Of a DNA stretch of 60,277 bases, positions 10,884 through 20,722 are shown one piece after another; positions within the stretch are counted from its first letter, which is position 1, and every line of letters begins with the position of its first letter. The notes under the pieces were generated by a model that did not search any database, was not told the origin of the DNA, and saw only the letters and a list, made by a program, of their open reading frames with translations. Location: the IMG/VR virus record IMGVR_UViG_3300025128_008224, positions 1-60,277 of that record. One strand, written 5' to 3'. The position numbers and the translations under genes were made by a program. This DNA is from a virus. Its lineage: Duplodnaviria > Caudoviricetes.

Positions 10884-13800
10884 TTAATTATCTGCCGCGT
10901 ATTCAACTAAGTTGTTAATATATTGCGCAAGATCGCCGTGGGCCTTTTCAAGGAACTCAACATATGCCGCTTTTGCATCTTTGGGGAGGTCTTCGCCAAT
11001 GTCGGTAGTGAGGGCATGCATATAAAGCCAGTCTTTGAATTCCTGCATTGCGGAATTGTGGTTGGTGCCATCGTCGACGTATATTCCGATTGCGTCGAAT
11101 CCGGGGGGGCTTTTCAGATATGCTTCCATCGTGACGCTGGCGAAGTATAGGCTTGTGGCCCAAGATGGTGTCCATACGGGCATCCCAAACATCGCGGATC
11201 CCACGTAACGGCCTGGGCCTGGAGTGAACCCGGCCGGGGAATTGGTAACGAGCCACGGGGCGTCGGCGAAGGGATCGCTGGTATCAAGGGGGGCCCAAAG
11301 GTCTGGCGAATTCGAAGGGGCGGAGGTGCCACCCTCTGCTTCGAAGAACCACTTGGCCCAGTCTTTGTACGTTGAGGAGTTGTACCCCAACTGCACTGCT
11401 CTCATTTTTGCAGCTAGCTTGAGGTTTTGCCCTGACTCAGTTGGATGATTAACAAAGTCCATTACCATGGCTCCGTTTTCTTTGAAGTTCATTGACTGTG
11501 GGGCCTTTTGCACCTGGCCCTGGGTGATGCCATCATTGGCCATGGCGGCCGAGTTCCAGACCCAGAATTTATGGCCGCCATAAACAGCCTTACAGGTGTT
11601 TGACAAGCTTTCGACAAGGGCCGTGTCCCAGTTGCTAGTTTGTAAGGTGCCGAATACATCGTTGCTAGCTAGCATAGTCTGGTAGATGTCGTCTGCACTG
11701 TAACCCTCGCCTAGATCAAGATAGGTCTTGAATTCATCTCTTGCCTTCTCTGCAGAGGGGGCGTTGTAAATCAAGTGGGCCGAATCGTGAAGAAGATCTG
11801 TGCAACCTTTCTGTAGTGCCTTGGTCGTGAGCGCGGAGACAATCGTTACAAGCTGATCGTACGCTGTGGCTGTTCCGGAGCCATATGGAATCTCCTCTAG
11901 AGCCTCTTTGCCATCTTTGGCCGTGGCATTGTAAAAGGCCAGGAGCAGGAGGATCTCTTCACACCCATATTCTTCGGGGGGCCACGGGGCGCCATCTTTT
12001 TCAATCAAAAAGTCCGTTCCATCTGAATTTGCCGCGGTGCCGTCTCCGGTTAGCCATGGAAGGGCAGGGTCAATTCCATATTTGAACGTTGCATTAAATG
12101 GGTCCTCTTCGATATCAGCAAGAACCGAAGCTATGTCCAACTCGGATGGGCTCGAACCCCCCACTTCCTCGGGGAGTGCAAGAAGGTCGCTTGCGGCCGT
12201 GCCCCCAACTACGTTGTCAGGATTATCTTCACAAGCCTCGCTGCTCTTCTTGTCACTGTCGAACATTTTCTCCATGTCGTCATACCAAGAGAAGTCTAGG
12301 AAAACCAAAACCCAGCCCATTGGGGTATACGGGAACGCATATGGGTGCTTGCCGAACGGTGTGAAGTTGAAATCGCTTCCGTTATCCTTATACTTCTTGT
12401 AACCCGGATCTATCAGTGCGACGATACCTGCAATCATCTTAAGTGGCGTTGAATAGAAAAGTGCCATGAGATTGAAAGGAAAGCCACTCAGCGCTGTCGC
12501 TGGGAATGGCGGAACTCCTTGTGCGCATGCTGTTTCGTAAGGATCCTCTGCTGTAAAATCTGCGTTGTCTCGCAAAGCTGTAAAGAATAACATAACTAGC
12601 GCCTCTTTCGTTGCATCAAACAACGTGCCGAGCGCTGGAATATTATTCATTGACGTCGATGTGTATAACGACAACAGGGAGGCAACCCTGTTGGCATTGA
12701 ATATGGCGTTTTGTGGATCCTGGCCAACCAGCTTCATGTACCTTGGGTCCAGTCTCATGAGCTTCTTTAGTCCATTGGGGCCATCGGGGCCGGTACCGGA
12801 CGACCATGAAGGTGTGTTGCTCATAGACCAGGCTGGAAAGTTGTCCCGAGCTTGTTCAATAGTCATGCTGGGGAGCAGATCTGCCTCTTTCTCAACATCT
12901 ATCAAGGGCAAGACATAATAAGTTCTTTTCAAGGTTTCTTTCTCGCCGATTTGAACCATCGTCGGGTTGTTCGGATTGGCAGTCGCGCCGAGGACCACTT
13001 GCCGCTCTGTAAGTTTGTATGCCTTGCTAAGGAAGGCGGCTCTTTCTGCTGAATCGCGAGTTGCCGAATTGGCTCCCTGGATATCCAAATCCGCAGGGGT
13101 GAGTGCAGAAAGCCCGGGGTCGCCGGTTAAAAGAGCGTCCAGATTCTTTTGCGCCTGTTCAAAGGCGGGAGATGCCGTATTTTCCAAAGAAGGCAATACA
13201 TACGAAAGCCTGTATCCAAATTTTATTGGTCCGAAGCCCAGAGCGCTGAATTCCATGTTTGGTGGAAATGATCCGTTTTCCAAAATCTTTCCTAGGAACT
13301 CTTCCATTCTTTCTCTGACCTTGTAGTCATTGCATTTTCCCACAAGAGAAGCTTTCCCCCAGCCGACGAGTGGATATTCTTCACCGAGAACAACAGAGGA
13401 CTCATTGTCATCATCGAACCCAAAGAGGGCTCCGGCGTTCACAGGAATCAGCGCTGCAGGCTCGGGGGCCCACTTTTCTGTATCTCCATAGATGGATGAG
13501 TTAACCAATTTTCCATTTTCTTCGCCGTCAACACCTTCTGGGTCGATGTAGATATATTTCTCCAATATAAAGCCGCCATGGTTGGCACGCTCCATTTCCA
13601 AGTAACCGAGATCGTTGTCATTTTCAAGTGCTTCGGGATCGGTAAAGTACTGGCGTCCAAGTTCTGTTAGTCTGTTGTTAAAGGTTCCGCCGGCTTCCTT
13701 GTCCAAAGCATAGGGTTGGTAAAACCGGTTTTCTGTTATGTATGTTCCACCGGTATCGACGTCTCCATCCACAATTCGGGCTATTTGAACGACCGGGATA

Positions 13801-16800
13801 GCATTCATGAAATCTTTTTCAATATTGTTTTGGGAAAAGGTGTAGCCCCCCAGAGATGTGCTAATCACTTCCTTCAAAGTGTCCGACATTGAAGGGATCT
13901 GTTCAGCCATCAAGTAGGCCAGCTTCTGCTTTTCTGTCTTAACAACTATCGGCTCTTTTGTAAGCGGATGAAGAAGGGGCTGGCCTTTTGGGATGGTGGC
14001 CTCCAGGTCCTTGAACATTCGATTAACTTCATCCAAGAACAGTCTTAAAAACTGAGGATATTTGGAATTCCATCTAGTCTGATTGTAAAAATCTTTGATG
14101 ATTGCGTTGGCGAAATATTTTAGCACCACATTGTTCTTGAACACCTCATCCATGGGGTATTTTGCCAGCATGAACACGTTTCTCAAAGCATATTCACAAG
14201 CGATAGTGCGAAAGAAACACCTAATGACTCCGTTAATAAGCGCTCTTTTAACTGGGGGCACTCCCGAGGAATCTGGAATGCATGCCATTTTTTCATAATC
14301 TTCCATGCTCTGTTCGATGATCTTATCGATGCCAAGAAGGCTTCTAGGGGCGCTAGCTTTTGGATTGCAAACCTGTTCTGCTGATATGTTTGGTACCAGG
14401 GCTTTGTCGAGCTTTCGAAGAGTTGGGGAGTGAAAGAAGCTCTTTTTATAGCCGGCGCCGGTCTCACCATAACTCATATTGTCAAGCTCATCAAAGGTGA
14501 TATATTTCAAATGATCTGTGTTTACATCCTCTGAGAAGTCGTATTGAATTTCATCATTCGCGGTAGTTCCTTCTGGGATGTAATTCGCAGCGGAGAGCAG
14601 CATTGAGGCTGGCTTTGTGCTCTTGCCTCCCGCGGTTTCGTCGGCGGTCCACAGGTGGTAACCGTAATTCTCTGAATATCCTCTTTGGGTAATCCTTGCG
14701 GCGAACTCTCTTATTAGCTTTTCGTGTGCTAAATTGAATAGAGTGCCGGCGAAGAACGTTTTGAGTTCTTCCTGCCAGAAAGGGTTTGTTATATCTGGTG
14801 CGTTAATGTCCTCCTGCCATGCCGATATAGCCAGTTCTGCGAACCTTTCGGCTTGGTGCGAATCGTAATATGACTCCCCAGGAGTGTTTTGAGCCGAAGC
14901 ATTGTTGACGAATTCGCCAAGATCCTCTACAAAATCAGAATATACATCGCCAGATGGCAAAGTTATGTGGCCGGTCATCAAACTATTGTTGCCATCTCCG
15001 GCATCTATGTAAACCAACTTATTGGCATCTGTAACATATATTATGTATGGATCTCCAGAGGATCCTTCTTTCAACTTGTTTCTAGGTAGAATGTAGTTGA
15101 TTTTGGGCGCGCCGCCATATCCAGGATACAATAGTACAAAATGACTGGCTGGGTTGGTAGCTGTCACGCCTGCAGCCTGCAATAAGTCTGAAATTGCAGG
15201 AATCTTTGAGGAGGCTACATTCGGCATCCATTTAAAATTCCCAGGATCCATCAGGGCCAATCTCAAAGCTTTCGCTGCTCCGGCTTGCTGGGCTTCGAGG
15301 GATCCCTGGACACCGCTCAGGTCATCGCCTGCGTCTTCATTTGGTGCCGCCTTAAGCACCCTGTTCATCGCCTTGTCGCCCGGCATTGCAGTGTTTTGTA
15401 CAGCACCCTGTATACTCGACAAGCTGTTAATAGCTGGTACAAATTGTTTAATGTCTGTGTTGAAGCACATGATGACATTTGTAAAAGCCTGCTCCATCAC
15501 CTTTCTATGCATGTGAGAATATACAGGGATGTCCGACATCTTAAGTTGAGGAATGGATGGTGTCTTTCTAGAGGCCATTTCTTCTGGTGTCGTGCCTACC
15601 GGCGCGATGCCACAGATAGGAGAAGGCATCTTCGTGTTTGCATCGGAGGCCAGCAGATCAGCCAACTGATTAAGCGTGTTGATTCTGTCTTCTTTTGCTC
15701 GATCAAGTTGCGCCTGCAAATCCTCTTCAAATCTTTCGGGTGGACAAAGCTCGCTGAACGGGGTTGCATCACAGGGTTTGGCTGCGACTGCTTCGCAAAT
15801 ATCAAGGGGAATAAGTTTGCCAAGCGTCTTAAACAAGTCACTAATATCCGATGGAGATGAGAAGCAGTCAGACAACTGCGGGTATTTGGTGTCAACAATG
15901 CGTTTAAGCATGGGGAGAAGCTCGGGAAAATCTTTTCTTGCATCTCCGCGGAGGAGAGCGCACAACTCTCTATTGGTCAGCACCAGCGAAAGGTCGTCCA
16001 TCAGCCTTCTCATCAAATCAGAGAATTCTGCTTGCGTAAGATTTCCACAGCTATCTTCTAAAATGCTCGGAGCTAAAGGACTTGAGTTAATCAAGTCGTT
16101 TAGATCAAAGTTTCCGAAGTCTTCGGCTGCCTCCTTATCTCCCATACAACGTTTGAGAAGCTCTTTAAAGATGAACTTTACAAGTTGTGAAAGAAGTATT
16201 CCGATGGCGTCTTTTAGCGTCTTGTAAAGCAGAGACTTCACTGCTGCAAGAAGATCTATTGTTGGCAACTTGGGCCACTCAAATGTGTATTCTTCCGGAA
16301 GTCTCTTTATGCCATCGGGAATGAATGCCTCAACGAGGCCTTCTCGCGCATTGATAACATCGTCCAATGTTTTCAGCAGATCTGCAGAAGTTCCAATTAG
16401 GTCTCGGCAAATCAAAGTTTCGCCATTTTTGATGGCCCATAAGATTTTGTCTTTGACCAATCCAACATATGAGCCGGGGCCGGCCAATGGAGCAGTGCCT
16501 AGGATCTGGGCTGTCTTGGCATAATCACTCCCATAAGAAAAATGATCGACGTTCAGCTCTTGCAATTGCGTCAAAGAAGTGTTCCGGGCTTCGGACTTCG
16601 TGCACAGGTCTACCAAGTTGGCTTTCGTTGGATTAACTTTATAATATGTTTGAGCTTGCTTGAGAGCCTTTTCTTTGGCCATCAAATCAAATTTTGCTTC
16701 TTTTGCTTCTATACTCAAGTCTATGTTTGTATCAAGAGCGGCATTGGATTCTGCGCTAATGTAGTCTATGTATGCCAAAAGAGGAACCCAAGTTTCCTGG

Positions 16801-19661
16801 TCTTCGCCAGGCATGTTGGATTTTGCCGGAGGCGGTTTCTTCTGGTATGCTGGGGAAGATGCTAGCAAAGTCTGTGCTTCGGATTCTGATAGGCCCAGTT
16901 GCGTGGCTGGTAAGAAGATACTATCAGCATATTTCATTATTATGTCAGAGATCTTATCTAAACCCTGTGGGTCGTCTAATAACTTTTCGAAAGCTGTGCG
17001 ACAAAGAGATTCCATGATCTCGTTCAGGGACATGTCGATGCTCAGGCAGCGTGCGATTTCAAGAGCCACAGTCTTGGGGTCTGCCCTCACAAGGAACTCT
17101 CTGTAAAGTTGGCTGATTCCCAAGATGTCGATCTTTTCCAACTTCGGGGGCAGTTGTCGCATGAACACATCACCAATGAAGTCCTGGCCTCGCATATCCT
17201 TGTATTGCATCATGATATCTGCAGTATCTCTTAGGATTGTGGACTCTTGCTTTTGTTTTTTTGTCATCGCGCCGGAAGGTTTATCTTGTGATTTGCCAGC
17301 TTTGGCTTTTTGTTCAACCTTCTTTGCAGACTCTTTTGACTTGTGTTGTTCGACAAACTTATCATATGAAGATTTCTCTGCTTTTGCCTGAGCCTTGTCT
17401 GCGTAGTGAGATTCAGGAGTAGTCGTCGCAGGGGGGACAGGGTAAAAATAGGGCACCGGGAAGGTGTAGGCGGCGGCCCATTCCAACCAAGAGTCGTTGG
17501 CAACTGCTGGCTCGCTCTTCAGCATGTTTGGAATGTGAAACAAAAATGAATTGGTAGTCGGACTATCAAAATATAATTCTTTGTAACACTCAAATCCAAT
17601 ATACAAGACTTTTGCACCCTCGCACACAGCGATGCTTTTAGAGGACTCTGCCGTTGCATTCTTAAGTTTCTCGTGTGAGTCTTTGCTTACTATGACTGCA
17701 TGAGTTAGCTTGTATTCATTCGTGAATCCAAGTTCAATGATGTAGTCCTTTGTATTGGTGCCAGTAGAAAATATGTCTGCCCCATATCCGTTTGCTTTGA
17801 CCAACATCTTAAGACCGTCAAATGTATCAACAACCCCCTCGTATTCAGCGCGATAATTTACTGGTCGTGATGCGATTGAGCCGGGAGGTGCCCACAGGGC
17901 TGTGAAGTTCTTTGAATTCTCGGCATCAGTTTGCTGGAATTCGAAGGGCACAAGCGCAAGATCGACTTGCTCCTGGAAATCCTTTGCCTCAAAAACCAAA
18001 ATCTTTGTGGCTGTAGTTTCAACACCTCCTTCTTCATTAACATAAATGTCGCACGGCGTCGTGTTGTCTACGGTAGAGGCATTCGGAAGAGAATCAAATA
18101 TCCTAGCTGGGACGCGGACGAGGACAAGCAGGTTGCCGCCCTCTCCCACTCCGTCTTCGGTCTCAACAGAAGGTCGGGGTTCTTGATACCAAGAACACCA
18201 CTTCAAGTTGCCCATGGAGATCGGGCCTTTGCCCACAGCGATAGATTGTTTAGAATCGTTGCTGGCTACCTTGACATTTTCCCATATTAAGGTCTTACCA
18301 TCAACACTTGGCTGAATTGCTATAAGTTTATGGCTAATCAGATATGAAGCTATGAGTTTCCTCTTTTCGTTCTTTGTTAACGTGCCGGCGTTGATCAAAA
18401 TATCTTTTAATGTCTTGTCTGTATAGCTCTTGTTATAATACTTCAACAAGTTGGCTACGCCGTCAACAGTAGCCTCCATTATTTGAGCTTCCAGAGACAC
18501 TTCACCAGCGGCAGGATTTAAAGGCGCCGCCTTGCTCCATTTTGTTCGAACGGTGGTCCAATATTCTGGGCCCGAATTGAAGCTGTTGTTTGCATATCCC
18601 AAACACGCCTTTCGGGTTCGCCAATCTTCAAAAGGTGTGACCTGGGGCGTGGTGTCGGATGTTACATCCGGGGCTGGAGCCCAACTAATAGAGTCGGCGA
18701 AGATGGGCGCCTTGAGGTTGGCCGCGGCGAGGCCTGCGTTGGCCTTGCTGTCAGCTTGATTTGCTGTTGCGTATTTTTCCTCAATAGGAGTTATGCTGTC
18801 TGCCGGGACGAGCCACCCGGGGAAGTTTGCATCGAAAGGGTTGATTGTTTTCGAATGAAGGGTAGCTTTTGTCGCGATTGCGTTCATTCCCGGGATTTCA
18901 ACTATATCGACATAACTGTATTTTTTAGAAAGGGCTATATCTGATTCGTGGCTTACGACCCAATAGTCAGCGCGGAGGAGTTTAAACGTTGTACCGGGTG
19001 GTAAAGGTTCATCGATTTTTGCCTTGTCCAATATACCAGCAAGGGCCGTGGGGGGGCCGGAAAACACTTGTGGCATTCGCGAAGGGTCATATAAAGTTAT
19101 GTTTGGGTGAGTTGCTGTACCCTTGTGCACATGTGTGCCAATTAAAATTTCTTCTCCAAGCTGCTGAGTGGCTGCGATTGTTTCCGAAGTTTCTGGTATC
19201 AAACCAATTTCTGCCATGACTGCTCGGAAGGCATCGATATCAACCATGAAATTGGCTTGAAACTTTGTTTTGTATACTTTTGTTGAAGTCACTTCGCCGG
19301 CGATGTTGGAGGTGTCCACGGTGGTGTAAAAATGCAAATAATCGTAACCCCAATCGCTGTTTCCAGTGCCTTCAGGGGTACAAGACCCAAACTCTTCTCT
19401 TTTGACAATAAGCTTTACTTGGTACTCCGGCTGCAAAAATGCGGGGGTTCCATCGGTGTGCAACTGCATGAACGACTTAGGTATTTCATCCCCCTGCATA
19501 ACAGCCGGATCTTTAACAAGTGTGCTGATGGCGACACCCCAGGCGGAGGCGAACGCCTCTTGTCTGTACGGCTGGAGATCATTTCCTTCGGGTTGATTAT
19601 CGGCAGGGTAGTATTTTTTTGAGTGCCCGGTGATTTCTTGTTGCCAAATGTTGTCAGCCAT
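10884..19661 (-). CDS. Giant hypothetical protein (2925 aa), probably virion/baseplate associated
   Basis: Uninterrupted 8.8-kb ORF between the spike-like genes and gp25. No catalytic motif recognised; the structural role is inferred from position only. Confidence 0.7.
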   Translation of the reverse strand: MADNIWQQEITGHSKKYYPADNQPEGNDLQPYRQEAFASAWGVAISTLVKDPAVMQGDEIPKSFMQLHTDGTPAFLQPEYQVKLIVKREEFGSCTPEGTGNSDWGYDYLHFYTTVDTSNIAGEVTSTKVYKTKFQANFMVDIDAFRAVMAEIGLIPETSETIAATQQLGEEILIGTHVHKGTATHPNITLYDPSRMPQVFSGPPTALAGILDKAKIDEPLPPGTTFKLLRADYWVVSHESDIALSKKYSYVDIVEIPGMNAIATKATLHSKTINPFDANFPGWLVPADSITPIEEKYATANQADSKANAGLAAANLKAPIFADSISWAPAPDVTSDTTPQVTPFEDWRTRKACLGYANNSFNSGPEYWTTVRTKWSKAAPLNPAAGEVSLEAQIMEATVDGVANLLKYYNKSYTDKTLKDILINAGTLTKNEKRKLIASYLISHKLIAIQPSVDGKTLIWENVKVASNDSKQSIAVGKGPISMGNLKWCSWYQEPRPSVETEDGVGEGGNLLVLVRVPARIFDSLPNASTVDNTTPCDIYVNEEGGVETTATKILVFEAKDFQEQVDLALVPFEFQQTDAENSKNFTALWAPPGSIASRPVNYRAEYEGVVDTFDGLKMLVKANGYGADIFSTGTNTKDYIIELGFTNEYKLTHAVIVSKDSHEKLKNATAESSKSIAVCEGAKVLYIGFECYKELYFDSPTTNSFLFHIPNMLKSEPAVANDSWLEWAAAYTFPVPYFYPVPPATTTPESHYADKAQAKAEKSSYDKFVEQHKSKESAKKVEQKAKAGKSQDKPSGAMTKKQKQESTILRDTADIMMQYKDMRGQDFIGDVFMRQLPPKLEKIDILGISQLYREFLVRADPKTVALEIARCLSIDMSLNEIMESLCRTAFEKLLDDPQGLDKISDIIMKYADSIFLPATQLGLSESEAQTLLASSPAYQKKPPPAKSNMPGEDQETWVPLLAYIDYISAESNAALDTNIDLSIEAKEAKFDLMAKEKALKQAQTYYKVNPTKANLVDLCTKSEARNTSLTQLQELNVDHFSYGSDYAKTAQILGTAPLAGPGSYVGLVKDKILWAIKNGETLICRDLIGTSADLLKTLDDVINAREGLVEAFIPDGIKRLPEEYTFEWPKLPTIDLLAAVKSLLYKTLKDAIGILLSQLVKFIFKELLKRCMGDKEAAEDFGNFDLNDLINSSPLAPSILEDSCGNLTQAEFSDLMRRLMDDLSLVLTNRELCALLRGDARKDFPELLPMLKRIVDTKYPQLSDCFSSPSDISDLFKTLGKLIPLDICEAVAAKPCDATPFSELCPPERFEEDLQAQLDRAKEDRINTLNQLADLLASDANTKMPSPICGIAPVGTTPEEMASRKTPSIPQLKMSDIPVYSHMHRKVMEQAFTNVIMCFNTDIKQFVPAINSLSSIQGAVQNTAMPGDKAMNRVLKAAPNEDAGDDLSGVQGSLEAQQAGAAKALRLALMDPGNFKWMPNVASSKIPAISDLLQAAGVTATNPASHFVLLYPGYGGAPKINYILPRNKLKEGSSGDPYIIYVTDANKLVYIDAGDGNNSLMTGHITLPSGDVYSDFVEDLGEFVNNASAQNTPGESYYDSHQAERFAELAISAWQEDINAPDITNPFWQEELKTFFAGTLFNLAHEKLIREFAARITQRGYSENYGYHLWTADETAGGKSTKPASMLLSAANYIPEGTTANDEIQYDFSEDVNTDHLKYITFDELDNMSYGETGAGYKKSFFHSPTLRKLDKALVPNISAEQVCNPKASAPRSLLGIDKIIEQSMEDYEKMACIPDSSGVPPVKRALINGVIRCFFRTIACEYALRNVFMLAKYPMDEVFKNNVVLKYFANAIIKDFYNQTRWNSKYPQFLRLFLDEVNRMFKDLEATIPKGQPLLHPLTKEPIVVKTEKQKLAYLMAEQIPSMSDTLKEVISTSLGGYTFSQNNIEKDFMNAIPVVQIARIVDGDVDTGGTYITENRFYQPYALDKEAGGTFNNRLTELGRQYFTDPEALENDNDLGYLEMERANHGGFILEKYIYIDPEGVDGEENGKLVNSSIYGDTEKWAPEPAALIPVNAGALFGFDDDNESSVVLGEEYPLVGWGKASLVGKCNDYKVRERMEEFLGKILENGSFPPNMEFSALGFGPIKFGYRLSYVLPSLENTASPAFEQAQKNLDALLTGDPGLSALTPADLDIQGANSATRDSAERAAFLSKAYKLTERQVVLGATANPNNPTMVQIGEKETLKRTYYVLPLIDVEKEADLLPSMTIEQARDNFPAWSMSNTPSWSSGTGPDGPNGLKKLMRLDPRYMKLVGQDPQNAIFNANRVASLLSLYTSTSMNNIPALGTLFDATKEALVMLFFTALRDNADFTAEDPYETACAQGVPPFPATALSGFPFNLMALFYSTPLKMIAGIVALIDPGYKKYKDNGSDFNFTPFGKHPYAFPYTPMGWVLVFLDFSWYDDMEKMFDSDKKSSEACEDNPDNVVGGTAASDLLALPEEVGGSSPSELDIASVLADIEEDPFNATFKYGIDPALPWLTGDGTAANSDGTDFLIEKDGAPWPPEEYGCEEILLLLAFYNATAKDGKEALEEIPYGSGTATAYDQLVTIVSALTTKALQKGCTDLLHDSAHLIYNAPSAEKARDEFKTYLDLGEGYSADDIYQTMLASNDVFGTLQTSNWDTALVESLSNTCKAVYGGHKFWVWNSAAMANDGITQGQVQKAPQSMNFKENGAMVMDFVNHPTESGQNLKLAAKMRAVQLGYNSSTYKDWAKWFFEAEGGTSAPSNSPDLWAPLDTSDPFADAPWLVTNSPAGFTPGPGRYVGSAMFGMPVWTPSWATSLYFASVTMEAYLKSPPGFDAIGIYVDDGTNHNSAMQEFKDWLYMHALTTDIGEDLPKDAKAAYVEFLEKAHGDLAQYINNLVEYAADN

Positions 19662-19669
19662 TTAAATAC

Positions 19670-20719
19670 CTAGTTAACGTTGTTATATTTGCTGTTGATA
19701 TACTTGGGTCCGTAATCTTCCAAGTAATTACTCTGGAAAGCGCCTAAGTTGTTTTTATTTTTTACCAAATCAGATAAAGTTACAGAAAGATGTTCAAACC
19801 CACAAGCCGTACCAGCCGGGACGACCGTTGGTGATGGCGTAGTGGGAATGCCGAAAAAGGGAGAGTGGTGAAAATGGGCGGTTAGCGCGATGTTTAACTT
19901 CATCTGATTGACCAAAAGCGTGCCAACAATCCCACTCAGTTCATCAACCAGCCCCATCAACTCTTCGAGAGCATGGCGGAGGTTGTGTCCCTTTGGGATA
20001 GGTTGCAGATTGCTTGGGTCGTTGCCTGCCACCAAATCAATACCATGAGGGGTAAAAACATCCATTCCTCCGCGGGAGTTCTTGACCTCTGGTACACCAG
20101 TTACTATTTTAACCCCTCCGGTTCTCGCCATGATTCTAACTGCGTCTGCCTTAAGACCAATTGCAGGCATTGCCTCCATGTTCGGGATCCCGGCTGAAAC
20201 AGAATCGTTTCCCTTTTCGTTGCTTCTTATCTGAAAGTTGTTGTCTATGTCTGTTTTTTGACTGATGTAGATTCTAGCCGGGTCTCTTCCGAAATTAGGC
20301 TCTTGTGTTAATTTTTCGCCATTTTCATCGATCTCTCTTGGCCAGGAATCTTCTGGTCGAAGACCACCTCCGACGACCAAATCAATTGCTGCTGCTTGAG
20401 ATTGCCCCAGAGGGCCGTATCCCAACATCAATCCGGTTTCAGGATTGACGCCGGTGCGGTCGCGAGTTAAAACTATCCTTGCATTGTTTTCGTTTGCAAG
20501 TACTTTATCCCCCTCCATTGGTTCGAAGTGGGGAACGGCTTCGATCTTTTTCTTGCCTCCGGCTCCGGTGAGCAACCTTAGAGTATTGGCGCGTTCATTG
20601 CGGGAAGCGGAGCGCCAATTAGTTAGAAGCTTGATAAGTTCTTTTTGTTTTGTGGCGCTTAAACCAGCGTTTTCAAGGTCACTTTCGACCATTTTTGGAG
20701 TATAATTTCTGCCTACCAT
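19670..20719 (-). CDS. Putative baseplate central spike / puncturing protein
   Basis: 349 aa. Beta-rich repeats (ARIYISQKTDID, AIGLKADAVRIMAR, GVKIVTG, GIDLVAG), then a helical segment and HFHH followed by PTTPSP, like the metal-binding HxH tip of P2 gpV / phi92 gp138-type spikes. Confidence 0.55.
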   Translation of the reverse strand: MVGRNYTPKMVESDLENAGLSATKQKELIKLLTNWRSASRNERANTLRLLTGAGGKKKIEAVPHFEPMEGDKVLANENNARIVLTRDRTGVNPETGLMLGYGPLGQSQAAAIDLVVGGGLRPEDSWPREIDENGEKLTQEPNFGRDPARIYISQKTDIDNNFQIRSNEKGNDSVSAGIPNMEAMPAIGLKADAVRIMARTGGVKIVTGVPEVKNSRGGMDVFTPHGIDLVAGNDPSNLQPIPKGHNLRHALEELMGLVDELSGIVGTLLVNQMKLNIALTAHFHHSPFFGIPTTPSPTVVPAGTACGFEHLSVTLSDLVKNKNNLGAFQSNYLEDYGPKYINSKYNNVN

Positions 20720-20722
20720 CTT

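Noticed and set aside
10884-19661. Tape measure protein
   Set aside because: It lacks the regular Ala/Gly-rich helical periodicity and is rich in Pro and Cys.
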